Positions 1-7,756 of a stretch of 61,019 nucleotides of DNA are shown here, piece after piece (position 1 is the first letter of the stretch; each line of letters starts with the position of its first letter). The notes under the pieces are model-generated. The model ran no database searches. It was not told the origin of the DNA and worked only from the letters and a program-made list of their open reading frames with translations. Origin of the DNA: an uncultured Candidatus Saccharibacteria bacterium (GTDB lineage Bacteria > Patescibacteriota > Saccharimonadia > Saccharimonadales > Saccharimonadaceae); contig CAUSEU010000001.1 in NCBI GenBank assembly GCA_963530755.1, forward strand, positions 1 to 61,019. The letters are read 5' to 3'. A program made the position numbers and the translations under genes.

Positions 1-515
1 ATAATCTTCGCTACCTTGTCGAATGCTTCACCGACAGCATCGTCAACCGCCTGTCCGATCAGTTCATAGTTACCATGGTCGTGAAATAATACGATCTGCG
101 AGTGACCACCACTGATAATCAGCGCCAGCAAGGGGAACTCAGGGGTCTGCTCGGTCAAAAAGCCAGCATAGACATGTGCCTCGACATGGTGAATAGGGTA
201 GTAGGGCTTCTTCTTCGTCAGGGCTAGCATCCGAGCCGTCAGTGAGCCGATCAGCAGTGAGCCAATCAGCCCGGGCATCACGGTATTAGCGATAGCATCG
301 ACTTGCTCCCAGCCACCGGCTTCTTCAACCGCCCGATCAATTACCGGGATAACCACTTCTAGGTGAGACCGAGCCGCTACCTCAGGAACAACTCCGCCAT
401 AGACTCGATGGATATCGATCTGAGAATGAACCACATTACTGACAATCCGTCGACCATCCTCAACTACGGCGGCGGCAGTCTCATCACACGAACTCTCTAT
501 TCCCAGTACTCTCAC
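1..515 (-). CDS. tsaD: tRNA N6-adenosine threonylcarbamoyltransferase TsaD (5' part; runs off the window)
   Basis: Manual translation of the minus strand from GTG at 515: MRVLGIESSCDETAAAVV...YGGVVPEVAARSH...HHVEAH...LIISGGHSQ...DDAVGEAFDKVAK, all TsaD/Kae1 motifs. Absent from the ORF track because it is truncated. Confidence 0.95.
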   Translation of the reverse strand, partial: MRVLGIESSCDETAAAVVEDGRRIVSNVVHSQIDIHRVYGGVVPEVAARSHLEVVIPVIDRAVEEAGGWEQVDAIANTVMPGLIGSLLIGSLTARMLALTKKKPYYPIHHVEAHVYAGFLTEQTPEFPLLALIISGGHSQIVLFHDHGNYELIGQAVDDAVGEAFDKVAKI

Positions 516-559
516 TGATGGCATTTTACCACAACCAGGCTGATGCTATAATTACCCTC

Positions 560-1861
560 ATGAACCAGACGATGAAAAATCTGAAGAACTCCCTCGCTGT
601 ACCTTATCATCGGGTCAGGGGATTCATGGCGGCTAACCATTACGATTATCCGGCCAGCAGTATGACAGTGATTGGCGTGACAGGCACTAACGGCAAGACG
701 TCAACCTGCTTTATGATACACAACATATTACTGGAGGCCGGGCTGAAAGTCGGCTTGATGACCACCATAGGCAATTCGGTCGACGGCAAGTTTGAAGAGT
801 CACCCGATCATATGACCACTTCTGACGCCCGCACCCTCAATAAACGCCTGGCTGAGATGCGTAGTGCCGGAGTGCAGTACCTGGTCATCGAAGTGTCCAG
901 CCACGCTCTAGCGCAGGGGAGGGTCTTCGGTATACCGTTTGACATCGTAGTGATGACTAACGTCGCCTCGGAGCACCTTGATTACCATCGGACTTTCCAG
1001 CGGTATCTCCAGGCAAAGTGTCGCTTGTTTAAGCTGGCTGCTGCTAATGCCAAGCAGGGTGGGCAAGGCGTCGGGGTTATCAACGCTGATGATAAATCAG
1101 CCAAAGCTTTCGCTCGGCTCGTACCTAAGCCGGTCACCTACGGCATCAAGCAGGGCAAGCTGAAAGCCACCCGGATTAAACGTCAAAACAGTGGCTCAAG
1201 CTACGAAGTAAAGGTAGATGGTGAGACATACCACATCAAGATCAATATCCCGGGTGAGTTCTACATCTATAACTCCTTAGCGGCTGTAGCCGCTTGCCAT
1301 GCGTTAGGGATGAGCCGTCAGCAAATTGAGAACGGACTGAAGAATCTGGCCGGAGTTGATGGACGAATGAACGTTATTCCCACCGGACTAGGCTTTGATG
1401 TGATCATTGATTTCGCTCACACCCCCGATGCCTATCAGAAGCTCTTGCCGGATGTCAAGGCAAACACTAAGGGTAAAGTCATCGTCATCAGCGGGGCAGC
1501 CGGTGAGCGAGACAAGACGAAGTTCCCGACTATGGGTAAGATCGCCGGTAAGTACAGCGACCTCATCATCCTGACAGAGGAAGATGCTCGAGGTCCGGTA
1601 CGACCTCAGTCAGAGTTAGTAGCTAAAGGTGCTCGCCAAGCGGGTAAGACTGAGGGGAAGGATCTGCTCTTTATCGACGACCGAGTCGAGGCGATTGAGA
1701 CAGCTATCATGAAAGCACACAAGAATGACGTGGTCTTACTCCTGGGTATGGGACACGAAAAAGCCATGGCTCGGGCGAACGGCGAGTATATTCCTTGGAA
1801 TGAACGCCAAGTAGCCGAACAGGCGATCGCTAAGCGTCAAAAGAAGAAGGTGCGAGCGTGA
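560..1861 (+). CDS. murE: Mur ligase, MurE-type UDP-MurNAc-tripeptide synthetase (lacks the N-terminal domain)
   Basis: GVTGTNGKTST P-loop, EVSSHALAQGR, EHLDYH, DFAHTPD, GERDKTK and GMGHE motifs. Start moved to ATG 560, which is 7 nt after TGCTATAAT. Confidence 0.85.
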   Translation: MNQTMKNLKNSLAVPYHRVRGFMAANHYDYPASSMTVIGVTGTNGKTSTCFMIHNILLEAGLKVGLMTTIGNSVDGKFEESPDHMTTSDARTLNKRLAEMRSAGVQYLVIEVSSHALAQGRVFGIPFDIVVMTNVASEHLDYHRTFQRYLQAKCRLFKLAAANAKQGGQGVGVINADDKSAKAFARLVPKPVTYGIKQGKLKATRIKRQNSGSSYEVKVDGETYHIKINIPGEFYIYNSLAAVAACHALGMSRQQIENGLKNLAGVDGRMNVIPTGLGFDVIIDFAHTPDAYQKLLPDVKANTKGKVIVISGAAGERDKTKFPTMGKIAGKYSDLIILTEEDARGPVRPQSELVAKGARQAGKTEGKDLLFIDDRVEAIETAIMKAHKNDVVLLLGMGHEKAMARANGEYIPWNERQVAEQAIAKRQKKKVRA

Positions 1862-2640
1862 AGAAAGTCATCGCCTTTGATATCGACGACACGCTCAATG
1901 TAGCTAAGACACCCATGACCAGCGAGATGGCGGGGGTGATGGCTGACCTGCTAGACATCTACCCGGTCTGTGTCATATCCGGACAGAAGCTAAGCCAGTT
2001 CATGATCCAGATCTTGGCACCGATGGGTCTCCTCGCCACCGGTCAGCGACTACGTAATCTCCACCTGATGGTGGCACAGGGAACGCAATACTACACCTAC
2101 AGTGGACCTGACGGCGGTATGGCGGTAGATATGAATAATTGGCGACAGGTCTATTCATTCCCCATGTCTGACGCTCAGACGGCTAAGATCACGGCGACTA
2201 TTACTCAGGCTGCTCGGGAGCTAGGCTATTGGTGTGATAATACCGCCGGCGACATCATTGAGAATCGTAGCAGTCAAGTCACCTATAGCGCCCTCGGTCA
2301 ACAAGCAGCACCGGAGGTAAAATACCCCTGGGATCCGAATCACCAAAAGCGCCAATCTATCGTTCAGCGAGCCAGACAATTAGCCCCGGAGTTTGAATAT
2401 GAGATCGCCGGCACGACCAGCATCAATGTATTCCTACCCGGCATGAATAAGACTTTCGGCATGAGTAAGCTGATGGAGGAGCTCGGCGTCGAGCGACAAG
2501 ACATTCTTTACTTCGGTGATATGACTCAGCCGGACGGTAATGATTATCCGGTAGTACAGATGGGGATAGAGACCATCACCGTTAAGAATTGGCAGGAGAC
2601 AATGATGGCTGTCAAAGGTGTAGTCGGTGTGAGTAGGTAG
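1858..2640 (+). CDS. HAD-IIB family hydrolase, phosphomannomutase-like
   Basis: FDIDDTL (DxD motif I), ISG, IENRSSQVTYSALGQQA, GTTSINV, and the YFGDMTQPDGND motif typical of PMM-like HADs. Confidence 0.75.
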   Translation: MKKVIAFDIDDTLNVAKTPMTSEMAGVMADLLDIYPVCVISGQKLSQFMIQILAPMGLLATGQRLRNLHLMVAQGTQYYTYSGPDGGMAVDMNNWRQVYSFPMSDAQTAKITATITQAARELGYWCDNTAGDIIENRSSQVTYSALGQQAAPEVKYPWDPNHQKRQSIVQRARQLAPEFEYEIAGTTSINVFLPGMNKTFGMSKLMEELGVERQDILYFGDMTQPDGNDYPVVQMGIETITVKNWQETMMAVKGVVGVSR

Positions 2641-2642
2641 TA

Positions 2643-3278
2643 ATGGCGGAGGAGATAGATACTAGCCCCATTAACTGTATGTCCAATAAGCTCGGGCTTA
2701 CTTCCGCTACCGACCTGGCTCGTGAGGAAGAGCGGATTAGTAAGAAGAAGGCCAAGGAGCTCTTTGAGCAAAACTTATTAGGTGAATTAGAGCCGGGTAG
2801 GTTCACTACGCTCCGGTTCATCCACCGGACACTTTTTGGCGATATTTATGATTTCGCCGGTCAGAAGCGTACCGTTAACTTAGCTAAAGGTAGCTTTCGT
2901 TTTGCACCGGTAGCCTATCTTGATGCCGCCCTTGAAAATATTGATCGGATGCCTCAATCTACCTTTGACGAGATTATCGAGAAGTATGTCGAGATGAATA
3001 TTGCTCATCCTTTCCGAGAGGGAAATGGACGCAGTATGCGCATCTGGCTGGATCACATTCTGAAGAACCGGCTTGGTAAAGTCGTTGATTGGGCTAGGGT
3101 AGACAAGGAGGATTATCTACTCGCTATGGAACGTAGCCCGATCAAAGACACCGAAATTAAAGTGCTTTTAAGTAGGACGCTAACCGATCAGACCGATAGT
3201 CGAGAAGTCTTCATGAAGGGCATCGACCATAGCTACTTCTACGAGGGCTATCATACATTTAAGACTGCTGATCTGTGA
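2643..3278 (+). CDS. fic: Fic-domain protein adenylyltransferase, class III (C-terminal inhibitory helix)
   Basis: Canonical HPFREGNGRSMR motif; C-terminal SYFYEG fits the (S/T)xxxE(G/N) inhibitory motif. Confidence 0.9.
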   Translation: MAEEIDTSPINCMSNKLGLTSATDLAREEERISKKKAKELFEQNLLGELEPGRFTTLRFIHRTLFGDIYDFAGQKRTVNLAKGSFRFAPVAYLDAALENIDRMPQSTFDEIIEKYVEMNIAHPFREGNGRSMRIWLDHILKNRLGKVVDWARVDKEDYLLAMERSPIKDTEIKVLLSRTLTDQTDSREVFMKGIDHSYFYEGYHTFKTADL

Positions 3279-3326
3279 ATAATCGCCCGATATTTGTAAC
3301 TAGAAAATACCATTTTCGATAGGCTC

Positions 3327-3350
3327 TTGGTCGGGGTGACAAGACTTGAA
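3327..3350 (-). repeat. Exact 24-bp duplicate of the tRNA-Pro 3' end (att-like)
   Basis: ttggtcggggtgacaagacttgaa at 3327-3350 is identical to 3427-3450 (T-loop through CCA of tRNA-Pro). Confidence 0.9.
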
Positions 3351-3427
3351 GGCTTCTTTGCTGACGCAAAGTCGCAAGTTCTTAACCTCTACTGACTTAA
3401 TAAATATTTCACCAATAATAACTAATT

Positions 3428-3503
3428 TGGTCGGGGTGACAAGACTTGAACTTGCGACCTCACGGCCCCCAGCCGTGTGCGCTACCAACTGCGCTACACC
3501 CCG
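3428..3503 (-). tRNA. tRNA-Pro(GGG)
   Basis: Reverse complement CGGGGTGTAGCGCAGTTGGTAGCGCACACGG-CT-GGG-GG-CCGTGAGGTCGCAAGTTCAAGTCTTGTCACCCCGACCA; cloverleaf with encoded CCA. Confidence 0.95.
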
Positions 3504-3511
3504 ACAACTTC

Positions 3512-3603
3512 TGGCGGAGGGATGGGGATTCGAACCCCAGATAAACATCACTGCCTATACACGCTTTCCAAGCGTGCTCCTTCAACCACTCGGACACCCC
3601 TCC
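3512..3603 (-). tRNA. tRNA-Ser(GGA)
   Basis: Reverse complement GGAGGGGTGTCCGAGTGGTTGAAGGAG CACGC-TT-GGA-AA-GCGTG, long variable arm, GTTCGAATCC, ends GCCA. TGCTAGAAT promoter just upstream. Confidence 0.95.
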
Positions 3604-3628
3604 AGCACTTGTATTCTAGCATATCAGC

Positions 3629-3943
3629 CTATAATTTAGTGATCATCTGTAAATAATTTGCCAATGCACCAACCTGTCGCTGATAATACTTGACATCAAA
3701 ACTAACTGCAATCGTATCATCATGGTCAGCAACACCTCTGACTGAGCTATCCATTATTTCTCTTTGACGACCTAAAATTAGTCCTGACCCAGGTAGAGCA
3801 TTTCGTTCAGCTTGATAAACATATTGTGACCAACTAGGTGATTCAAAAGCAACCATCAAATCTATCAGAGCGTTGCGCTCAGCGTCATCTGACTCACCCC
3901 AGTGTTGCGCAACCAGCTTTTCAATAAATATATTATTCCGCAT
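3629..3943 (-). CDS. Hypothetical protein (AT-rich, possibly a remnant)
   Basis: 104-aa ORF with no recognisable motif. Confidence 0.4.
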   Translation of the reverse strand: MRNNIFIEKLVAQHWGESDDAERNALIDLMVAFESPSWSQYVYQAERNALPGSGLILGRQREIMDSSVRGVADHDDTIAVSFDVKYYQRQVGALANYLQMITKL

Positions 3944-4147
3944 AATTCATCTTTACCTATTTATCGGATGTGAGATATTTCTCAGGTATCTTCTCTCCTA
4001 ACGTACGATTGGTTACCACATGCGAGATTTTCTCGCACAGTTATTATATCGCACGTATACCAATCTTAAGTCGAGTTCGAACTAGTAATCCTTTACGATA
4101 TTGTGCCCATATTACACGTAGCTATCTAAACAAGCTATAATTACACT

Positions 4148-5722
4148 ATGCAGAAATCATCTGGTAAGCTAAGCGCATTCTTCTCTTCTAGACGAGGTGG
4201 AGTAGTAGCTCTGATCATTGCCATTGGTAGCTTCCTGGGGCTAACTCTGACTAGGTTGACTAGTTCATCGATCTGGTTTGACGAGTCATTCAGCTCTTAC
4301 CTGATGCGCTTCGACTGGGCGGGTATTACTCATTACACCGCCCTGGATGTTCACCCACCATTTTATTATTACTGCCTCAAGCTGTGGACTAATCTCTTTG
4401 GTAATACTCCGGTAACTATCCGGCTACTTAGCGTCATCTTAGGGGTCATAGCCATTATCTTAGCCTGCCGGTTAGCCAGGCGGCTCTTTGGCTGGCGAGT
4501 CGCCTCGCTAACAGCCGTCCTTCTAGCTATCTCGCCTCTATTCGTCCGTTACGGTATCGAGGCTAGGATGTATATGTTGGTAGCGGTTATTGGACTCTTA
4601 GGGATAATGACTTACCTACGAGCTGAGACAAGCGGTAAACGACACTGGCATCTGCTCTATGGTTTCATCATAGCTCTCGGCATGTGGACGCACTATCTGA
4701 TGATTACTGTCTGGCTGAGTGTTTGGGTTTATCGCTATCTGAAGCTCCGCCGGCAAGGTCTCAAGGGTGGAAAGCTGCTACGTAGTTTCTTTAGTGCTGA
4801 TTGGCTGATATCTCACACTGTCGCCATTATCGCCTTTCTACCATGGATACCTCATGTACTACATCAGCTCCGGGGTATGTCTAGTGGCTACTGGATCCCG
4901 GCCGTAACCGTCAGCACTCCCGGTGACTACTGGTCAAGTCTCATCCTCTATAGCGAGGCTTATAGAGCAGACGGTTGGTGGGCAGTGCTAGCTTGGGCAA
5001 TTCTCACCCTGACGGTTGCAGTAAGCCGGCTAGTATACCGCAAATCTAAACAGGCTAGTCAGCCTCCTCTGCTTCTAACTCTGGTTGTAGCAGTATCCCC
5101 CATACTGTGGCTTATACTGCTATCTCTCTATCCCCTTAAGTCTGTCTTCGTCGATCGCTATCTAATGATGGCAGTGATCTTCACCGTGATCTGGCTAGCG
5201 GTAATCATCGTCCAGTCACCCAATCGACAGCTCGCTAGTCTACTACTCATCTTAGTGGTAGTCGCCTCCACTTGTGGTGTTCACAATGTTTACCGTCTCG
5301 GTAATTACAATCGCTACTTTAATGGTTCCGCTAAGAATACCATGACCGGCGAAGTAGTAGAACAGATTAACGCCACTAAGGATAATACTCCAATCATCTT
5401 CACCGGAGCTTATAACTATTACGAAGCGGCTGTCTACGAGCAGAAGTCACACCCTGTCTACTATGTCTGGAATGAAGTCAGAGACCCTGAGGTTAACTCG
5501 CTCCAGATGCTCAAAGACAACCGACTGGGCAAGGGGATTACTAATCTACAACGGTTCTTAGCGACTGAGCAACAAGTCTGGCTAGCCGGTTACAGTACCG
5601 ACCAAGCCACTATCGCTCCACTAAGTCAGATGACTGGTTGGCGAGCCACTAAGACCATCTCCATCCCCGACCCGATCACCGGCGAAAGCCATTACAAAGC
5701 GACACTATACGTCAAACAATAG
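4148..5722 (+). CDS. GT-C fold glycosyltransferase, family 39/83 (PMT/ArnT-like)
   Basis: SIWFDE and DVHPPFYY motifs, RLLS, EARMY, many TM helices, soluble C-terminal domain. Confidence 0.85.
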   Translation: MQKSSGKLSAFFSSRRGGVVALIIAIGSFLGLTLTRLTSSSIWFDESFSSYLMRFDWAGITHYTALDVHPPFYYYCLKLWTNLFGNTPVTIRLLSVILGVIAIILACRLARRLFGWRVASLTAVLLAISPLFVRYGIEARMYMLVAVIGLLGIMTYLRAETSGKRHWHLLYGFIIALGMWTHYLMITVWLSVWVYRYLKLRRQGLKGGKLLRSFFSADWLISHTVAIIAFLPWIPHVLHQLRGMSSGYWIPAVTVSTPGDYWSSLILYSEAYRADGWWAVLAWAILTLTVAVSRLVYRKSKQASQPPLLLTLVVAVSPILWLILLSLYPLKSVFVDRYLMMAVIFTVIWLAVIIVQSPNRQLASLLLILVVVASTCGVHNVYRLGNYNRYFNGSAKNTMTGEVVEQINATKDNTPIIFTGAYNYYEAAVYEQKSHPVYYVWNEVRDPEVNSLQMLKDNRLGKGITNLQRFLATEQQVWLAGYSTDQATIAPLSQMTGWRATKTISIPDPITGESHYKATLYVKQ

Positions 5723-5862
5723 ATTAGCTCCATCCGTTGTATCTATGAAGAGGGGGTTAATTTGTCCCTTTTGACGAAGTGCCAGTACGTTAATGCAGGA
5801 AATTGAAACGTGTCTTTATTTAGCTTATCCTTTGCAGTTAAGGCGTTAATGTAGGTCCTATA

Positions 5863-5891
5863 TTGACGCATAAGCGTTTTCATGATATAGT
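5863..5891 (+). promoter_or_regulatory. Sigma70-type promoter of the 5921 gene
   Basis: TTGACG-17 nt-TATAGT with extended TG; SD GAAAGGA before ATG 5921. Confidence 0.65.
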
Positions 5892-5920
5892 ATAGCTAGT
5901 TTAACGAAAGGAAAACCAAA

Positions 5921-6205
5921 ATGATAGATCAAAAACGTAAAGCTTTCCGGGATGCTGACTTTAATAGCAACACCAAGCCGGAAGATATCAAGTACTATGT
6001 AGGCGAGAAGTTTGACCAAGCGGGTTTACCTGATCCATACCTGGAAGATCATGACCAGGTCGATCAAGACAACGACGACCGTGACGGTCGGGGCATCCCG
6101 GCTAATTTCGCTGTCTCAGCTAAGCCAACTACCACGGCAGTCCAGGAACGAAAATCTGTCGAGTCTCGTCTGCAGAAAGTTGATCAATCAGAGCAATCGA
6201 AGTAA
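5921..6205 (+). CDS. Hypothetical small acidic protein
   Basis: 94-aa ORF with its own promoter and SD. Confidence 0.65.
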   Translation: MIDQKRKAFRDADFNSNTKPEDIKYYVGEKFDQAGLPDPYLEDHDQVDQDNDDRDGRGIPANFAVSAKPTTTAVQERKSVESRLQKVDQSEQSK

Positions 6206-6317
6206 ATCACGCCGGCTCTTTATCCGATAGCTAGCGAAAATATTTGTTCTGACTCACAAACATATTGGAATTGAGCGTACTGTTTAAGTCGGTACTTTTT
6301 AACATCAAAGCTTTATG

Positions 6318-6391
6318 TCCTTTAGCCTTAAGACCGGTTAGTTCAGTTAACTTAAGATTAAGGTGAACTGACCGGGATTAAGGCTAAAGGA
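6318..6391. repeat. Long imperfect inverted repeat/hairpin inside the IS 5' non-coding region
   Basis: TCCTTTAGCCTTAA pairs with TTAAGGCTAAAGGA (14 bp perfect); inner CCGGTTAGTTCA pairs with TGAACTGACCGG (one G-U). Confidence 0.85.
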
Positions 6392-6582
6392 GCGGTATCA
6401 CGCTTGTGGTGAATGGTGGTGCTCACCTTGAGTATTGAATGTGAGCTAGTGTAGACGATTGACTGACGAGTGTATGGCATCAAAGCGTGTGGTGTAATAA
6501 GGATTAGATTACAAACAAAAAGTAGTAGATTTCCGCTACAATCTTAAACGTCAAATAAAACGTAGAAAGGAGATCTACTACA

Positions 6583-7692
6583 TTGGCAGTATATATGAAC
6601 TGGCATAGTCTCGCCAGTACCATCAAGAATCTGGAGTATAGCAATAAACATACATCAAGCTTAAATAACCCCGAAGAGGTCAGTCGGCGGATTGAAGCCC
6701 TGGAGTTCTGGCGTAAGCACGGACTCAGCTCGGCCATAGATCATGCCGGAGTCAGTCGTTCCACTCTATATAGTTGGCGTCATAAGATGGATGGCTCCAG
6801 GAAACATGACCGTATGGGAAGAGCCTGTCTTAAGGCATTAGATCCTAAGAGTACCAGACCGAAACACTGTCGCCGAGCCGATTGGGATAAGAAGATAGTT
6901 ACATTACTGACTGAGCTGGCTACCAAACATCCCGAACTGGGTCGTCAGCCACTGTATTACATGCTCAGACGCCGCCTAACGGCTAATGGTCAGCTAGATA
7001 AGCTGGTCAGTATCTCAACCGTTGGACGCATCCTATGTAAGCTAAGACAGTCCGGTAGACTGCCAAGTAAGGTCAGACTGGCCCTCAATGGTCGAACCGG
7101 CAGACTGTATGAGATTCATCGTCGCAAGGTGGCTAAGCTCAGACGCAATGCCTTACCCTACAAAATTAAGCAGCCAGGTGACTTGGTTCAGATTGACGGT
7201 GTTGAGGGTTACCACCTCGGTCATCACTATTACGTTATTAACGCCATTGACTATATTAGTGGCAAAGCTGCCAGTGCCGTACTTGCTAATAAGAGTAGCT
7301 TATCTACGGCTAACTTCTTAAGGAAGTTAGACACCAGACTGGGCTTTAAGGTTAAAGCTATCCAGACAGACAATGGTAGCGAGTATGCAGCTAAGTTTCA
7401 TCAAGCTGCTGAGAGGCTAGGAATTAAGCACTGCTTCAACTACGTCAAGAAGCCTATCTATAACGGCAAGGTGGAGAGATTCAACCGTACCATCCAAGAA
7501 GCTATCTTCCGGGATGAAGACTTCCTGGTCAATCTAGTGGAAGATAAACAAGAAGCCAACCGAACCATTGAGTCCTATCTGGACTTCTACAACAATGAAC
7601 GTCCTCACATGAGTCTCGGTTTCATGACACCTGCCGGCTTTCTGCTACAATACACCCAGCGGAACTCTGCAGTCCAGAATGTAGTGAGTTAG
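6583..7692 (+). CDS. IS481-family transposase (HTH + integrase core)
   Basis: N-terminal HTH (AGVSRSTLYSWR); DDE triad in LVQIDG / IQTDNGSEY / NGKVERFNRT; YNNERPHMSLG. TTG start with SD AGAAAGGAG. Confidence 0.9.
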   Translation: MAVYMNWHSLASTIKNLEYSNKHTSSLNNPEEVSRRIEALEFWRKHGLSSAIDHAGVSRSTLYSWRHKMDGSRKHDRMGRACLKALDPKSTRPKHCRRADWDKKIVTLLTELATKHPELGRQPLYYMLRRRLTANGQLDKLVSISTVGRILCKLRQSGRLPSKVRLALNGRTGRLYEIHRRKVAKLRRNALPYKIKQPGDLVQIDGVEGYHLGHHYYVINAIDYISGKAASAVLANKSSLSTANFLRKLDTRLGFKVKAIQTDNGSEYAAKFHQAAERLGIKHCFNYVKKPIYNGKVERFNRTIQEAIFRDEDFLVNLVEDKQEANRTIESYLDFYNNERPHMSLGFMTPAGFLLQYTQRNSAVQNVVS

Positions 7693-7695
7693 TAC

Positions 7696-7720
7696 AAATA
7701 TCCCCGAGCGGGATATTTTT
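7696..7720 (+). terminator. Intrinsic terminator (IS target site)
   Basis: AAATATCCC-cgagc-GGGATATTT followed by TT. Confidence 0.7.
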
Positions 7721-7756
7721 GTGTTATCATATCCCTGTAAGCTAAGTGAGGGACTT

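Larger units (their letters stand above)
6245..7696 (+). mobile_element. IS481-family insertion sequence (~1452 bp)
   Basis: IRL TGTTCTGACTCACAAACATATTGGA (6245) matches the IRR reverse complement TGTACTAACTCACTACATTCTGGA (ends 7696). TGT...ACA termini; flanks AATATT/AATATC (5/6 TSD); single DDE transposase. Confidence 0.8.

Noticed and set aside
3300..3639. ORFs 3300..3551 (-) and 3346..3639 (+)
   Set aside because: They overlap tRNA-Pro and tRNA-Ser; shadow ORFs.
3944..4115. Possible degraded 5' extension of the 3629..3943 ORF
   Set aside because: Stops occur in all three minus-strand frames and no homology is recognisable, so a pseudogene call cannot be supported.
6245..6500. Structured region as tmRNA, RNase P RNA, SRP RNA or 6S RNA
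   Set aside because: It lacks their hallmark motifs (tRNA-like ends, GAGGAAAGUCC, SRP loop) and lies inside the IS inverted repeats.
6493..6516. TGTAATAAGG... as an alternative left IR of the IS
   Set aside because: A much poorer match to the IRR than 6245, with no flanking TSD.
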